Source: a virus. From it: a stretch of 64,000 bases of DNA. The notes beneath the pieces were generated by a model. It worked only from the letters and a program-made list of their open reading frames with translations, was not told where the DNA came from and ran no database searches. The stretch lies in the IMG/VR virus record IMGVR_UViG_3300014885_000003, positions 4,737 through 68,736 of that record; one strand, written 5' to 3'. A program made the position numbers and the translations under genes. Shown one piece after another: positions 34,638-44,408 of the stretch (the first letter of the stretch is position 1; every line of letters starts with the position of its first letter).

Positions 34638-36811
34638 TTCACGTCGGCCACGCGCTGGAAGTCCTGAAAACACTTCCTGAGAACTCGATTCAGATGATCG
34701 TGACTTCTCCGCCATACTGGGGCCTTCGTGACTACGGCATGCCACCTCTGGTCTGGGACGGCGAACCGGATCACGAACACGTCTGGACTGAATCGGTGAA
34801 TCAGACGCTCTCAGGTGGAGGCTACTCCGACAAGAGCACTCTGCAAGGCTATACTTCCGAGAACACCAAGGGCCGACAGATGCAAAAGGAACGTGATGGC
34901 AAGCGGGAAATCACGATGACTTCGGTTTTCTGTGATTGCGGCGCATGGCGAGGGTGCCTCGGACTCGAGCCAACGCCGGATCTGTTCATCGAACATCTGC
35001 GCCAGATCTTCAGCGAAGGACGTCGTGTCCTGAAGCCAGACGGCACGCTCTGGCTCAACCTCGGAGACTCCTATGCGAACACAGGTGTAACCGACGTCAG
35101 TAAGGTCGGAGGCTTTACCGGAAAAGCGATCAGGAAAACTATTGCGGCCGGAGGAGAGAAACAAGGCGGATGGCAGGACAGTCGGCCACGGAAGATCCCA
35201 GAGGGCGTCAAGCCGAAAGATCTGATCGGTATCCCGTGGATGGCGGCGTTCGCTCTCCGCGCTGACGGGTGGTTCCTGCGATCGGATATCATTTGGAGTA
35301 AATGCCTCAGCGGCGGCGCGTGGGTCTATGCGCGCACCCAGAAGGGCGAGATGCCGGTGATGGTCAAGGATCTTGGTCGCCTCGCCCCGTCGACAGTTCA
35401 GCTTTGGAACGGGGGGGCGTGGACCTCGGTCTCAGAGATGCGACGCACACATGATCGTGATGGAGCGCTGGAAATTGAACTCCGGAACGGCGAGCGTATC
35501 GGCTGCACTCCGGAGCACCGATGGCCAACCGCACGTGGGCTCGTTGAGGCGCGGCACCTCGTTGTAGGTGACGTGGTCGACGCGACGATCTTGCCTGAGC
35601 CGATAGATCCTAGGCGCCCCTCCGGCCTCGATGATGATCTCGTGGGATGGTTCGTAGGGACGTACCTTGCGGACGGTTCTATGAGCGGGGAGACGATCCA
35701 GATTGCCAGCGGTGACCATGAGACGGAGCGACTGAAGAGGTTGCGCGAGATGGCAGTAGCGTTTGATGGCTCGTGTCATGTCCACCGCACGAGCGCCCGA
35801 GGCATGACAATCAATCTGGAAGGGCGCGTTCTTGTCGGGATTCTTGGCGCATATGTGGGTGGTCGAACGGCACCTGACAAGCACCTAGCGACACGCTGTT
35901 GGATGCGATCTAACGTTTTTCTTCGTGCCGTGCTCGACGGCTACCTCCAGGGCGATGGGCACAACGTCGGCGGACGCGGACGGTGGGTCCTAGGCTTCTG
36001 CGCAAATGACGCTCTCGCGCGAGATCTTCGTGTCGTGGCGGCTCGGCTCGACGTCTCGCTCCGTCTTCGTCGGACTATGCACACACTGCGCGGACGGAGC
36101 TTCCCCGGATGGCGCGGGAGTCTCTACATTGACGCGGGACGTCGCCACCGCCCAGATACCGAGATCGTCGCTATCCGTAGGAGCCGCGCGAGGCGCTTCT
36201 GGGAGATCACAGTCGCGGACGAGCCGCGCGTCTTCGCGCTTGGCTGCGGAGTCCTGACCCATAATAGCAACCCGATGCCGGAGAGCATCACGGATCGTCC
36301 AACGAAGTCTCACGAGTACATCTTCCTGATGGCGAAGTCTTCGACCTACTACTACGACGACGCTGCTATTCGTGAAGACAGTGTCGGCAAGTGGAACTCA
36401 AAGGAAAGCCTGTCTGGTTTCGATCCAGATTCGAAGAACGCGCTGATGATTGATCAGGGGATCAGAACACGAGGCGGAAATACATTCCATCGGGACGAAG
36501 ACCGGACCGGCCGAAATCGTCGATCAGTCTGGACGATCGCGAACGAGTCGTATTCGGGGTCTCACTTCGCAACGTTTTCGATCTCGCTGCCGCTGCTGTG
36601 TATCCAGGCTGGATCGAAGATAGGCGATACCGTCATGGACCCGTTCACGGGATCGGGAACTGTGGGTCTGGCAGCAAAGCACCTCGGTCGTGAGTTCGTA
36701 GGGATCGAACTGAACCCAGAGTACGCTGAGTTGGCGGAGAAGCGAATCAAGCGAATGACGCTGAAGTCGACGAAGAAGTCTTCCTCGATCGGCCCAACCT
36801 TCTTCGATTAG
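34634..36811 (+). CDS. N6-A/N4-C DNA methyltransferase (beta class) containing an intein
   Basis: TSPPY, WLNLGDSY, SDIIWSK|NPMPES, HFATF, DPFTGSGT. Confidence 0.92.
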   Translation: MIHVGHALEVLKTLPENSIQMIVTSPPYWGLRDYGMPPLVWDGEPDHEHVWTESVNQTLSGGGYSDKSTLQGYTSENTKGRQMQKERDGKREITMTSVFCDCGAWRGCLGLEPTPDLFIEHLRQIFSEGRRVLKPDGTLWLNLGDSYANTGVTDVSKVGGFTGKAIRKTIAAGGEKQGGWQDSRPRKIPEGVKPKDLIGIPWMAAFALRADGWFLRSDIIWSKCLSGGAWVYARTQKGEMPVMVKDLGRLAPSTVQLWNGGAWTSVSEMRRTHDRDGALEIELRNGERIGCTPEHRWPTARGLVEARHLVVGDVVDATILPEPIDPRRPSGLDDDLVGWFVGTYLADGSMSGETIQIASGDHETERLKRLREMAVAFDGSCHVHRTSARGMTINLEGRVLVGILGAYVGGRTAPDKHLATRCWMRSNVFLRAVLDGYLQGDGHNVGGRGRWVLGFCANDALARDLRVVAARLDVSLRLRRTMHTLRGRSFPGWRGSLYIDAGRRHRPDTEIVAIRRSRARRFWEITVADEPRVFALGCGVLTHNSNPMPESITDRPTKSHEYIFLMAKSSTYYYDDAAIREDSVGKWNSKESLSGFDPDSKNALMIDQGIRTRGGNTFHRDEDRTGRNRRSVWTIANESYSGSHFATFSISLPLLCIQAGSKIGDTVMDPFTGSGTVGLAAKHLGREFVGIELNPEYAELAEKRIKRMTLKSTKKSSSIGPTFFD
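35303..36265 (+). mobile_element. Intein with LAGLIDADG homing endonuclease (321 aa)
   Basis: Starts C(LSGG), block B CTPEHRW, GTYLADGS and DGYLQGDG, ends VLTHN followed by Ser. Confidence 0.92.
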
Positions 36812-36825
36812 GAGCGTATCAAAAA

Positions 36826-37920
36826 ATGGCGAAGCGGTCTCAAGACGAACTGATTGCACAGGCATCCGCGGCTGTCACGAAGCGCTACAAGAGTAGCCTA
36901 TCCGATCGAGGCGACAGAGCGCTGGAGCTGCCGTCGGTCTTCCTGTCGACCGGATCGCTGAGCCTTGATCGTGTGTGCGCTGGTCGGAATCCAGGAGGCA
37001 TCCCGATCGGGCCATCGCAGGGTCGAGTGATCCATATCCCCGGCGAGTGGTCGACCGGAAAGAGTCTCCTGCTCGATCACATCTTCCTATCGTGTCAACA
37101 GGCTGGTGGGATCAACCTGGTGTCCGAGACCGAGGGCACACGTGATCCTCACTTCGCGGAGGCGATCGGTCTGAACCTGAAGCGTCTGGAAGTCCAGCGC
37201 CCGGACACCATCGAAGAGATGATCGACATGGGCGTCGAGTGGCACAACTCCATCCGGAAGTCGGACGCTACGATTCCGTTGTGCTGGGGAATCGATTCCC
37301 TTGACTCGACGGAGGCCGAGAAGTCTGCGGCGAAGGGAATGTCCGAAGGTGGAGGGTGGCACTACGGAGGCGGGCGTGCGGAGGCGCTCGGTGCTGGGCT
37401 GCGGAAGATCGTCAAGCTGACAGCACGGTTCCCAACGTCGGTAATCCTGCTGAATCAGACCAGAGACAACGTGGGCGTCATGTTCGGTCCGAAGAAGCGT
37501 ACTCCCGGAGGCAACCCGCCTCACTTCTACTCGTCTCTGGAGCTAATGTTGACGAATAGCCCACTCGGTGTCGCACGAACTGAATCGAAGATGCCTCCGC
37601 TGAGCAAGCAACAGCAGAAGCGGTTCGGGATATACGAGGACAAGGGATTCGTCATCGGTCGATGGGTCCGCGCGAAAGTGACTAAGACTAAGATCGCACC
37701 GACGCTACAACAGGAAGCAGACTTCTACATCGACTTCCGGAAGGGTGTTCACCAGTGGGGAGGTCTTCTCCAATCGTTCCTGCGCGAGGGCAAGATCGAG
37801 TTGGCGCCGGACGGAAAGGGAGTGCGATACAAGGATCAGAACTTCTCGTCGCCTGGCGCGTGGTACGCCTGGCTGACCAAGAATCCTGATGCGCTGGCGG
37901 AGACGTGCTATGGCGAGTAA
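36826..37920 (+). CDS. recA: RecA/UvsX-like recombinase
   Basis: STGSLSLD, GGIP, GEWSTGKS, IDSLD, LNQTR, TPGG, KTKIAP. Confidence 0.9.
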   Translation: MAKRSQDELIAQASAAVTKRYKSSLSDRGDRALELPSVFLSTGSLSLDRVCAGRNPGGIPIGPSQGRVIHIPGEWSTGKSLLLDHIFLSCQQAGGINLVSETEGTRDPHFAEAIGLNLKRLEVQRPDTIEEMIDMGVEWHNSIRKSDATIPLCWGIDSLDSTEAEKSAAKGMSEGGGWHYGGGRAEALGAGLRKIVKLTARFPTSVILLNQTRDNVGVMFGPKKRTPGGNPPHFYSSLELMLTNSPLGVARTESKMPPLSKQQQKRFGIYEDKGFVIGRWVRAKVTKTKIAPTLQQEADFYIDFRKGVHQWGGLLQSFLREGKIELAPDGKGVRYKDQNFSSPGAWYAWLTKNPDALAETCYGE

Positions 37921-38417
37921 GAAGAAGACGGTGATGTTGAACTGTACGCATACGTGCGGGTGGGGACTGGAACTGAACTCTCCTGATGTACTTCATGATT
38001 TCATGCGGCATCTGGAGGCGTGTCGGTATGTTCTGCCGTCGATCACCGCATGGGCGACTCGAATGGTCGACCGTCCCGATCTTGTCAAGGCGCTAGGCTT
38101 CTGATGAAGAACCTGGCTCCAGTCGTTCGTCGTGCTCTGGTCGATATGCACGGCGCAGCGATCCTGGCGGTCGACATGTTCAGCGACTCGCCGGCTGTGC
38201 TGTCAACGCTAATGAACTTCGCGACTGTGCCAATTGCGGATGTCGAGGACTTCGAAGCCAACGGCACGCACAATATTCTGATTGATGGCAGGTTCGGCAG
38301 GTTCTGGCTGGTGCCTGGGTACTCTCGGAAGCCATTGATGCCTCCGGCACCGCAGATCACGATGCGGGGACTGCGCGCTTTGGGTCTTGGTCTGATTGAT
38401 CGCTTTGCCGTTGCTGC

Positions 38418-38933
38418 ATGAAGAACATTATCGTAACGGCGGACATGGCATTGAAGTTCTGGCGGAAGGTGAATAAGACATCGACATGCTGGTTATGGAT
38501 GGGAGGCAGAACACCGAAAGGGTACGGAGCTTTCTATCTGGGAAGACGGAACGGCCGTAAGGTCTATCAGCCAGCGCATCAGGTCGCGATTGAACTGACA
38601 GAAGGACAGCCTTTGAAGAAAGGCATATGCGGTCTGCACAAGTGTGACAACCCTCCGTGTGTTCGACCTCACTCTGATCACGTCTTCAAGGGAACCAAGA
38701 TAGATAATGCTGCTGATCGGGATTCAAAAGGGCGCCAATCCCGAGGCGAAAAAGTCAATACCGCGAAGCTAACTGAACTACAAGTTCGGGAGATTCGCCG
38801 ACGTTACGGACCAGCTGTTGGGAAAGGCTATAGCGGTCAGGAACGGCAAGCTGATCTCGCTAGGGAATTCTGTATCAGACAAGACACTCTCAGTGCGATC
38901 GTCCGCCGAAAGACATGGAAGCATTTACCGTGA
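38418..38933 (+). CDS. Free-standing HNH homing endonuclease
   Basis: CWLWMG..GYG, AHQVA, HKCDNPPCVRP..H..GT..DN..D, KLTELQVREIR HTH. Confidence 0.9.
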   Translation: MKNIIVTADMALKFWRKVNKTSTCWLWMGGRTPKGYGAFYLGRRNGRKVYQPAHQVAIELTEGQPLKKGICGLHKCDNPPCVRPHSDHVFKGTKIDNAADRDSKGRQSRGEKVNTAKLTELQVREIRRRYGPAVGKGYSGQERQADLAREFCIRQDTLSAIVRRKTWKHLP

Positions 38934-40012
38934 AGAACATAGTCGTCACGGCTGATTTACACCTTCACAATTACAGGCAGTGTTCGAAGAACAACGGCAT
39001 GGACCGATTGCAGGACGGACTGAGTGCGATGCGTCAGACGCTTGATCACGCACGCTCGAACAAGGCATTCTGGATCTTCTGCGGCGATATGAAGATGCCC
39101 AAGACCTTCTGGCCTCAGGAAGCGCTGACCGGCGCCATCGCTGTCTTTCAGGAATACGCAGATGTCCTAAAGATCTTATTCCGTGGCAATCACGACGGTC
39201 TCGGGAAGTATGGCTCCGGGCTCGCGCCATTCGCATCGCTGCCGAATACGACTGTCATCGAAGACGCGTTTGTTGACATCAAGGATGGATTGGCATTCTG
39301 GCCGTTCGGCGCGACGTCAAGCCGTGAGCAGTTCCTGGGTCATGCGAAGATCAATAATGTGAAGACGCTGTTCTCGCATGGGTTCATGGCCGGCGTCTTC
39401 CTGGGTCCGGATGAAGTCCGGTTGCCTGGTAAGGGCATGACACTGGACGAGTGGGGAATCGGTGATGTGTTCAAGGCGGTATTCCTCGGCGACGTTCATA
39501 AGGGTCAATGGCTGACTCGGCCAAACAAGATGCCTCCGAAGTGGGTTCACTATTCCACTCTGGCTGGAGTATGGAACCCGAAGGATGTGATCCGTCAACC
39601 TGGCCCGTGGCGAGGTGAAGTCTTCTATCCAGGTTCGCCCTATCAGCAGTCGTGGGGCGAGGCGAACGATCCGACGAAGGGGTGCTTGCTGGTGGATCTG
39701 GACTCGGGAACAGTTCGACTGCTCCCGGTTCATTCACCTCGGTTCGTGACTGTTTCATCCATCGCGATCGATCGGAAGATGACGGAAGGAAACTTCGTTC
39801 GAATCATCGGCAATCCGACGCAATCAATCGAGTCTCTGAATGCACGATGGGCGTATGTGCTACCGAGACCGAAGACAGAGTCTGTGCAGCGAACTGATCT
39901 GAATGCTGGCATGTCGAACGGTGAGCTGATCGAGAAGTACGTCACAGCGAGGCCGGTTGATGGTGTCTCCAATGCAACGCTGGTCGCAGCGGGAAAGCGG
40001 CTGTTGCCATGA
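38930..40012 (+). CDS. Mre11/SbcD-like nuclease
   Basis: ADLH, CGD, GNHD, FSH, GDVH, YPGSP...GE; GTG start overlapping the HNH stop. Confidence 0.9.
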   Translation: MKNIVVTADLHLHNYRQCSKNNGMDRLQDGLSAMRQTLDHARSNKAFWIFCGDMKMPKTFWPQEALTGAIAVFQEYADVLKILFRGNHDGLGKYGSGLAPFASLPNTTVIEDAFVDIKDGLAFWPFGATSSREQFLGHAKINNVKTLFSHGFMAGVFLGPDEVRLPGKGMTLDEWGIGDVFKAVFLGDVHKGQWLTRPNKMPPKWVHYSTLAGVWNPKDVIRQPGPWRGEVFYPGSPYQQSWGEANDPTKGCLLVDLDSGTVRLLPVHSPRFVTVSSIAIDRKMTEGNFVRIIGNPTQSIESLNARWAYVLPRPKTESVQRTDLNAGMSNGELIEKYVTARPVDGVSNATLVAAGKRLLP

Positions 40013-40286
40013 GTTCACTGGCGGCTGCGAACCTCCGGTGCTTCCGAGATCCGGAGTGCCGTACGCATCCATATCACGGCGGGCACATTCAGTTCCTGGG
40101 TACTGTTGACCCTAGAAAGGCATTCAAGACCAAACAGCGCTGGAAGCGTGCCGGTCGACGCGCAGCGCTCCTCGTTCGCAAGTGGGAGGAGACAGGTCCG
40201 TGGAGGATCGCGCTGAAGTTGACGCCGCTCCAGCGCCGTCACATGATCGGAGAACTTAAGATTGCGCTGGAGGAAGGACTTCCCCG

Positions 40287-42140
40287 ATGATCTTCCGACG
40301 GCTGGAGTTCTCCGGGTTCCTTCCGTTCCGGCAGCATCAAGTCTTGCCATTGGCTGATCTCGGGTTCGTGATCGTACAAGGCCGAAACGAAGTGTCGTCG
40401 GCTGCCGACTCCAATGGCGTCGGCAAGACATCGCTCTGGCATGCGCTGTCCTACGCGCCATTCGGTCAGACGTTGGATGATCGCAAGGGCGATGATGTCG
40501 CCTGTCGGTTCACGAAAGACCAGTGTCTGACCAAGCTGGTACTGGAGGACGATCGAGGCGAGTGGTCGATCGAACGCGGGAGACGTCCGAAGGTCCTTCG
40601 ACTGACTGGATTCGACGGGCTGCGAGGTGACGAAGAAGATAAGGAGTTGCAACGGCTGATTGATGATCGGCTTGGCTTTGGGTTTCTGACATTCCGGAAT
40701 GCTGTCGTCTTTGCACAAGGCCGATTCGAACGGTTCGCGCAGGCGGACCAGTCGACTCAGATGGAGATGCTGGACGAGATTCAGGGTCTGGACTTGTCCA
40801 TCGCATTGGATCGAGCGAAGGCATGGCGAGACTCGATCGCGACGTCTGTTGACAAGGACACGCGAGCGCTCAATCTGCTGGAGTCACTACAACTGGAACG
40901 TCGGCAGCAACTGGAAAGTCTTCAGTCTGCCGAACGGTCCTTTGTCAAGGAACGAGCTGACCGGATTGCCCAGTGTGAGAAGGAAGAATCGACGGCCAAG
41001 ACCAACTTCGATGAAGCGATCAAGCAATGGTCGAAGTATAAGAAAGTCGAACGAGACCTGGAAGACGCAAAGCTGGTGTTGGCAGATGTTTCTCGCGCAG
41101 TAGCGACTATTCGGCAACTTGAAAGTGACCTGGTGTCTTTGGGCACAGACGGCCAGTTCCAATACAGGATCGATAGCGAGCAGGAAAGTCTGTCCGACTT
41201 GCTTAGAAATAAGACGTGCCCGACCTGCTACTCAACCCTGGACGCCAAATGGCGAACCCGCGCGAAAGGTATCGTTGACGGACGGATCAAGGCTATCCAG
41301 GCAGATGCCGCACAGGTCATCAAGAAACGCGCGCCTCTTGTCGTCCAGATCACTAAGTTGCAGGAGTTGATCAACGCCCCGGATGATCCAGGCGGGAAGG
41401 TGAACCGGCTGGAGACAGAACTCCGTGTCGGCCGAACGGCTGCACAACGGGATATGACTGCCAAGGAGCAGACGTTCGAGAATGCGGTCAAAGCATTGCA
41501 GGGCGCGAAGTCGGTCGTCTGGTCATCCGCCGCAGCGATGAAGACAATTGAGGAGTCGATACAGTCTGGTGATCAGGAAGCGAAGAGGCTAGCATCAAGC
41601 ATCGCTCGATCAGATCGTACGCTGATTGTCGCCCAGTACTGGGTAGAAGCCTTCGGAGATCGAGGTATCCGGTCGTTGCTGGTCGACTCTGTAGCGGGCT
41701 ACCTCGGCGAACGGATGATATACCATCTAGAACAGCTCGCGGCCGGTGAGGCATCAATGCAACTATCCGCTCTAAAGCAGCTTAAGAGCGGAGGGACGCG
41801 AGAGCGTCTGACGATCACGACGGCGTGGGCGTGGGGCGGACTGAACACTGGATCGAATGGGCAAGACCGCCGAGTTGATCTGGCGCTGTTCGCAGCGTTG
41901 CAAGACTTGGCAGAGGCGCAGAGTGCTCGCGCCTTTCCTATTCGAGTCTGGGACGAGCCAGGCGACGCGCTGGATACGCGAGGCCGCGAGCTGTTTCTGG
42001 AGTGGGTATCGAAGGAGGCGCGTCGCCGTGGATCGGGATTTCTAACCACACATGCGAGTGACCTGGTAGCGATGGCGGCTCCGGATGGTATCTGGACAGT
42101 GGTCATGGATAGCTCCGGAGCACGCATCGAAATCGAGTGA
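40287..42140 (+). CDS. Rad50/SbcC-like SMC ATPase
   Basis: NGVGKT, FAQG Q-loop, CPTC zinc hook, GSNGQ signature, WDEP...LD, TTH. Confidence 0.9.
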   Translation: MIFRRLEFSGFLPFRQHQVLPLADLGFVIVQGRNEVSSAADSNGVGKTSLWHALSYAPFGQTLDDRKGDDVACRFTKDQCLTKLVLEDDRGEWSIERGRRPKVLRLTGFDGLRGDEEDKELQRLIDDRLGFGFLTFRNAVVFAQGRFERFAQADQSTQMEMLDEIQGLDLSIALDRAKAWRDSIATSVDKDTRALNLLESLQLERRQQLESLQSAERSFVKERADRIAQCEKEESTAKTNFDEAIKQWSKYKKVERDLEDAKLVLADVSRAVATIRQLESDLVSLGTDGQFQYRIDSEQESLSDLLRNKTCPTCYSTLDAKWRTRAKGIVDGRIKAIQADAAQVIKKRAPLVVQITKLQELINAPDDPGGKVNRLETELRVGRTAAQRDMTAKEQTFENAVKALQGAKSVVWSSAAAMKTIEESIQSGDQEAKRLASSIARSDRTLIVAQYWVEAFGDRGIRSLLVDSVAGYLGERMIYHLEQLAAGEASMQLSALKQLKSGGTRERLTITTAWAWGGLNTGSNGQDRRVDLALFAALQDLAEAQSARAFPIRVWDEPGDALDTRGRELFLEWVSKEARRRGSGFLTTHASDLVAMAAPDGIWTVVMDSSGARIEIE

Positions 42141-42339
42141 AAGGAGCTACAAAAATGCCGACACAGGTGCAATTGCTGGAAGAGCTGTTGAAGATCACGG
42201 ACCGTCAGCTTCATGATCTCAACCGACGACGCATGATCCTAACGGAGGAGCTGACGCGCGCTCGAACCGGTACGGACCCTCTGGTGATCAGAGCGCGTCT
42301 GATGGTTCACGGTATCACCGAAGTCGCGGTGCCGGTCTG

Positions 42340-42810
42340 ATGTCACGTACCGGATGGAAACAAGCCGAGCGCGTAGCCGCAGCGCTGATCGGAGGCAAGC
42401 GGTTCCCCGCGAACATGGGCGCTCGACTCGACATTAACTCAGATGACTTCGTAGCGCAGGTCAAGAACGTCAAGCAGCTTCCTCTGCGCGAGCTGGTCAA
42501 CCTCGTGGAGGAGATGCATGTCGAGGGCATCGAAACCGGGAAGCTGCCGATCGTTCTCGTCAAGCCGTCCTTCGGGGCTGGACGTCCTACTCCGTTCCTG
42601 GTCGTCATGCCGGCCGCTGGGTGGTCGATCATCTGGGACTTGTTCCTGGAGACTGACCTGATGGAAGTACTCGCGGCCCGAGGCAAGGACTACATGCCTA
42701 CGCACGTCAGGAAGGAACTGAAGTCCGAGGCTGATCCAGGACTCGCGAAGCGTGTCGCCGCGTACAAGAAGAAGGTGCAACGTGTTCAAAGACGATCAGG
42801 AAATCGATGA
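42340..42810 (+). CDS. PD-(D/E)XK nuclease, Holliday junction resolvase-like
   Basis: WKQAER.AA...LDI...AQVK; follows the recombination genes. Confidence 0.55.
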   Translation: MSRTGWKQAERVAAALIGGKRFPANMGARLDINSDDFVAQVKNVKQLPLRELVNLVEEMHVEGIETGKLPIVLVKPSFGAGRPTPFLVVMPAAGWSIIWDLFLETDLMEVLAARGKDYMPTHVRKELKSEADPGLAKRVAAYKKKVQRVQRRSGNR

Positions 42811-42989
42811 TGTCCTGGAAGCGATTTCAGCGCACTTCATGGACCGGCTAGCGCCGCGAGAGCATGACTTCATTGTCGACATCACGGATCAGTGGAGTCG
42901 TATGCGTTCGATGACGGAGCCGCAAAAGGCGTGGATCGAACGGATCTGGGACCGAATGAGCGCGTGATATAAACACGTGAGGGGAACGA

Positions 42990-43589
42990 ATGATCCTGAG
43001 TGATCGATCGCTGAAGGCGCTGTGCAATCCAGGATGGATGGATCTTCGGGACGGCAGCATCAAGAATCTGCTGGGTCCGTACGATCCTGACCTGCTGAAC
43101 CCAGCGAGCATCGACATCCGAATCGGTTCCAAGCTGCTGGTCGAGTCAGCGCGGACCTACTTGTCGACATGCGGGAAGTGCGGCAACCCACAGGGGATTG
43201 CTGGCATTACGCCTCGCGATGCCGGCTGGCTGGCGTACGATCTGAGCCGGACCAACGGAGACCGACCGTACATGCTTCGACCGGGTGAGTTCGTCCTGGC
43301 CGAGACGCTGGAGACGATCCAAGTGCCGCTGGACTGCGCGCTGGAATGCAAGCTGAAGTCGTCCCGTGCGCGTGAGGGATTCAATCATAGTCTGGCCTTC
43401 TGGTTCGATCCAGGATGGTCCGGCGTCGGAACGTTGGAGCTGTGCAACGTCAGTCAGTACCGGACTCTGCCGTTGTACTTCGGGATGCGGATCTGTCAGG
43501 TGATCGTTCATAAACTTGACCGACCTCCGGAGATCCCGTACTCGGGGCGGTATCAGCATGCGACAGGAGTCGAAGGACCCAAGCCGTGA
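42990..43589 (+). CDS. dcd: dCTP deaminase
   Basis: NPASIDIRIG, KSSRAREG, DPGWSG..TLEL, RICQ, YSGRYQ. Confidence 0.92.
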   Translation: MILSDRSLKALCNPGWMDLRDGSIKNLLGPYDPDLLNPASIDIRIGSKLLVESARTYLSTCGKCGNPQGIAGITPRDAGWLAYDLSRTNGDRPYMLRPGEFVLAETLETIQVPLDCALECKLKSSRAREGFNHSLAFWFDPGWSGVGTLELCNVSQYRTLPLYFGMRICQVIVHKLDRPPEIPYSGRYQHATGVEGPKP

Positions 43590-43767
43590 CTACGGCTGAT
43601 CGGGACAGGATCGCGACGCTCACCAAGAGAGCGTTGCACCTGGAGAACAGGATTCTTCGGTCTCCGAAGAATCTAACTTACGACAAGGAGGAAATGGACG
43701 CATTGAAGTGGGCGATCAAGATTCTCACATCTGTACAACCACTGGTCGTCGGGGGAGAGAAAGAGAC

Positions 43768-44334
43768 ATGAAGGGATTCATCATCGTCGCTGCACTGATC
43801 GCCACGGTTGTCGTGGCTCCGGTCGTCGTCAATGCTGGCAATGACAACGAGAACGGCAACGGCTACGGCCACAGTGTGAAGACCAGCTCCACGTACGAGA
43901 AGAAGGTCGTCGACACCAGCAGCCTGTGGGCGAACGGGACGTCCGCCGTCTTCGAGCAGGGCCAGAGCCAGGGCACGCTCGCCGGCATGTCGCAGGAGGG
44001 CACGCGCCATTCGGGCCCACAGTTCCAGGTGCTGTCCGGTGGCAACTCGCAGACCCAGGGTGGCATCATCGGCGCCGTGATCTTCGACAAGCATCGCTGT
44101 GGCTGTGTGTCTGTCGAGGGCGCCATCGCGGGCGGACTGAATACCCAGTCCGAGCACTTCAAGCTGATCGGTTTCCAGAACGGCAACGGCAAGCAGGAGC
44201 AGTTCGCTGGCCAGTACCAGGATCAGGGCCAGAGCGGATCGGCGTCGGCCTACAACGGCCTGACCATCAAGACCGTCGATACCCACTCGGTCTACGTTCG
44301 TGTGACGACGACACGTCCGGCGCCGCGGCACTAG
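43768..44334 (+). CDS. Secreted Gly/Gln/Asn-rich protein
   Basis: Signal peptide MKGFIIVAALIATVVVAPVVVNA; Q/G/S-rich repeats. Confidence 0.65.
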   Translation: MKGFIIVAALIATVVVAPVVVNAGNDNENGNGYGHSVKTSSTYEKKVVDTSSLWANGTSAVFEQGQSQGTLAGMSQEGTRHSGPQFQVLSGGNSQTQGGIIGAVIFDKHRCGCVSVEGAIAGGLNTQSEHFKLIGFQNGNGKQEQFAGQYQDQGQSGSASAYNGLTIKTVDTHSVYVRVTTTRPAPRH

Positions 44335-44347
44335 GACGCACATGAGG

Positions 44348-44383
44348 GGACCGGCCCTTCTGGTGGGGCCGGTCCTATCTTTT
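44348..44383 (+). terminator. Rho-independent terminator
   Basis: GGACCGGCCC-N8-GGGCCGGTCC followed by TATCTTTT. Confidence 0.7.
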
Positions 44384-44408
44384 CCACCCAAGAATAGAAG
44401 GAGGCATC

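Noticed and set aside
41845-41865. Inactive Rad50 because the signature reads GSNGQ
   Set aside because: The S..GQ core and all other motifs are intact; phage SbcC signatures vary
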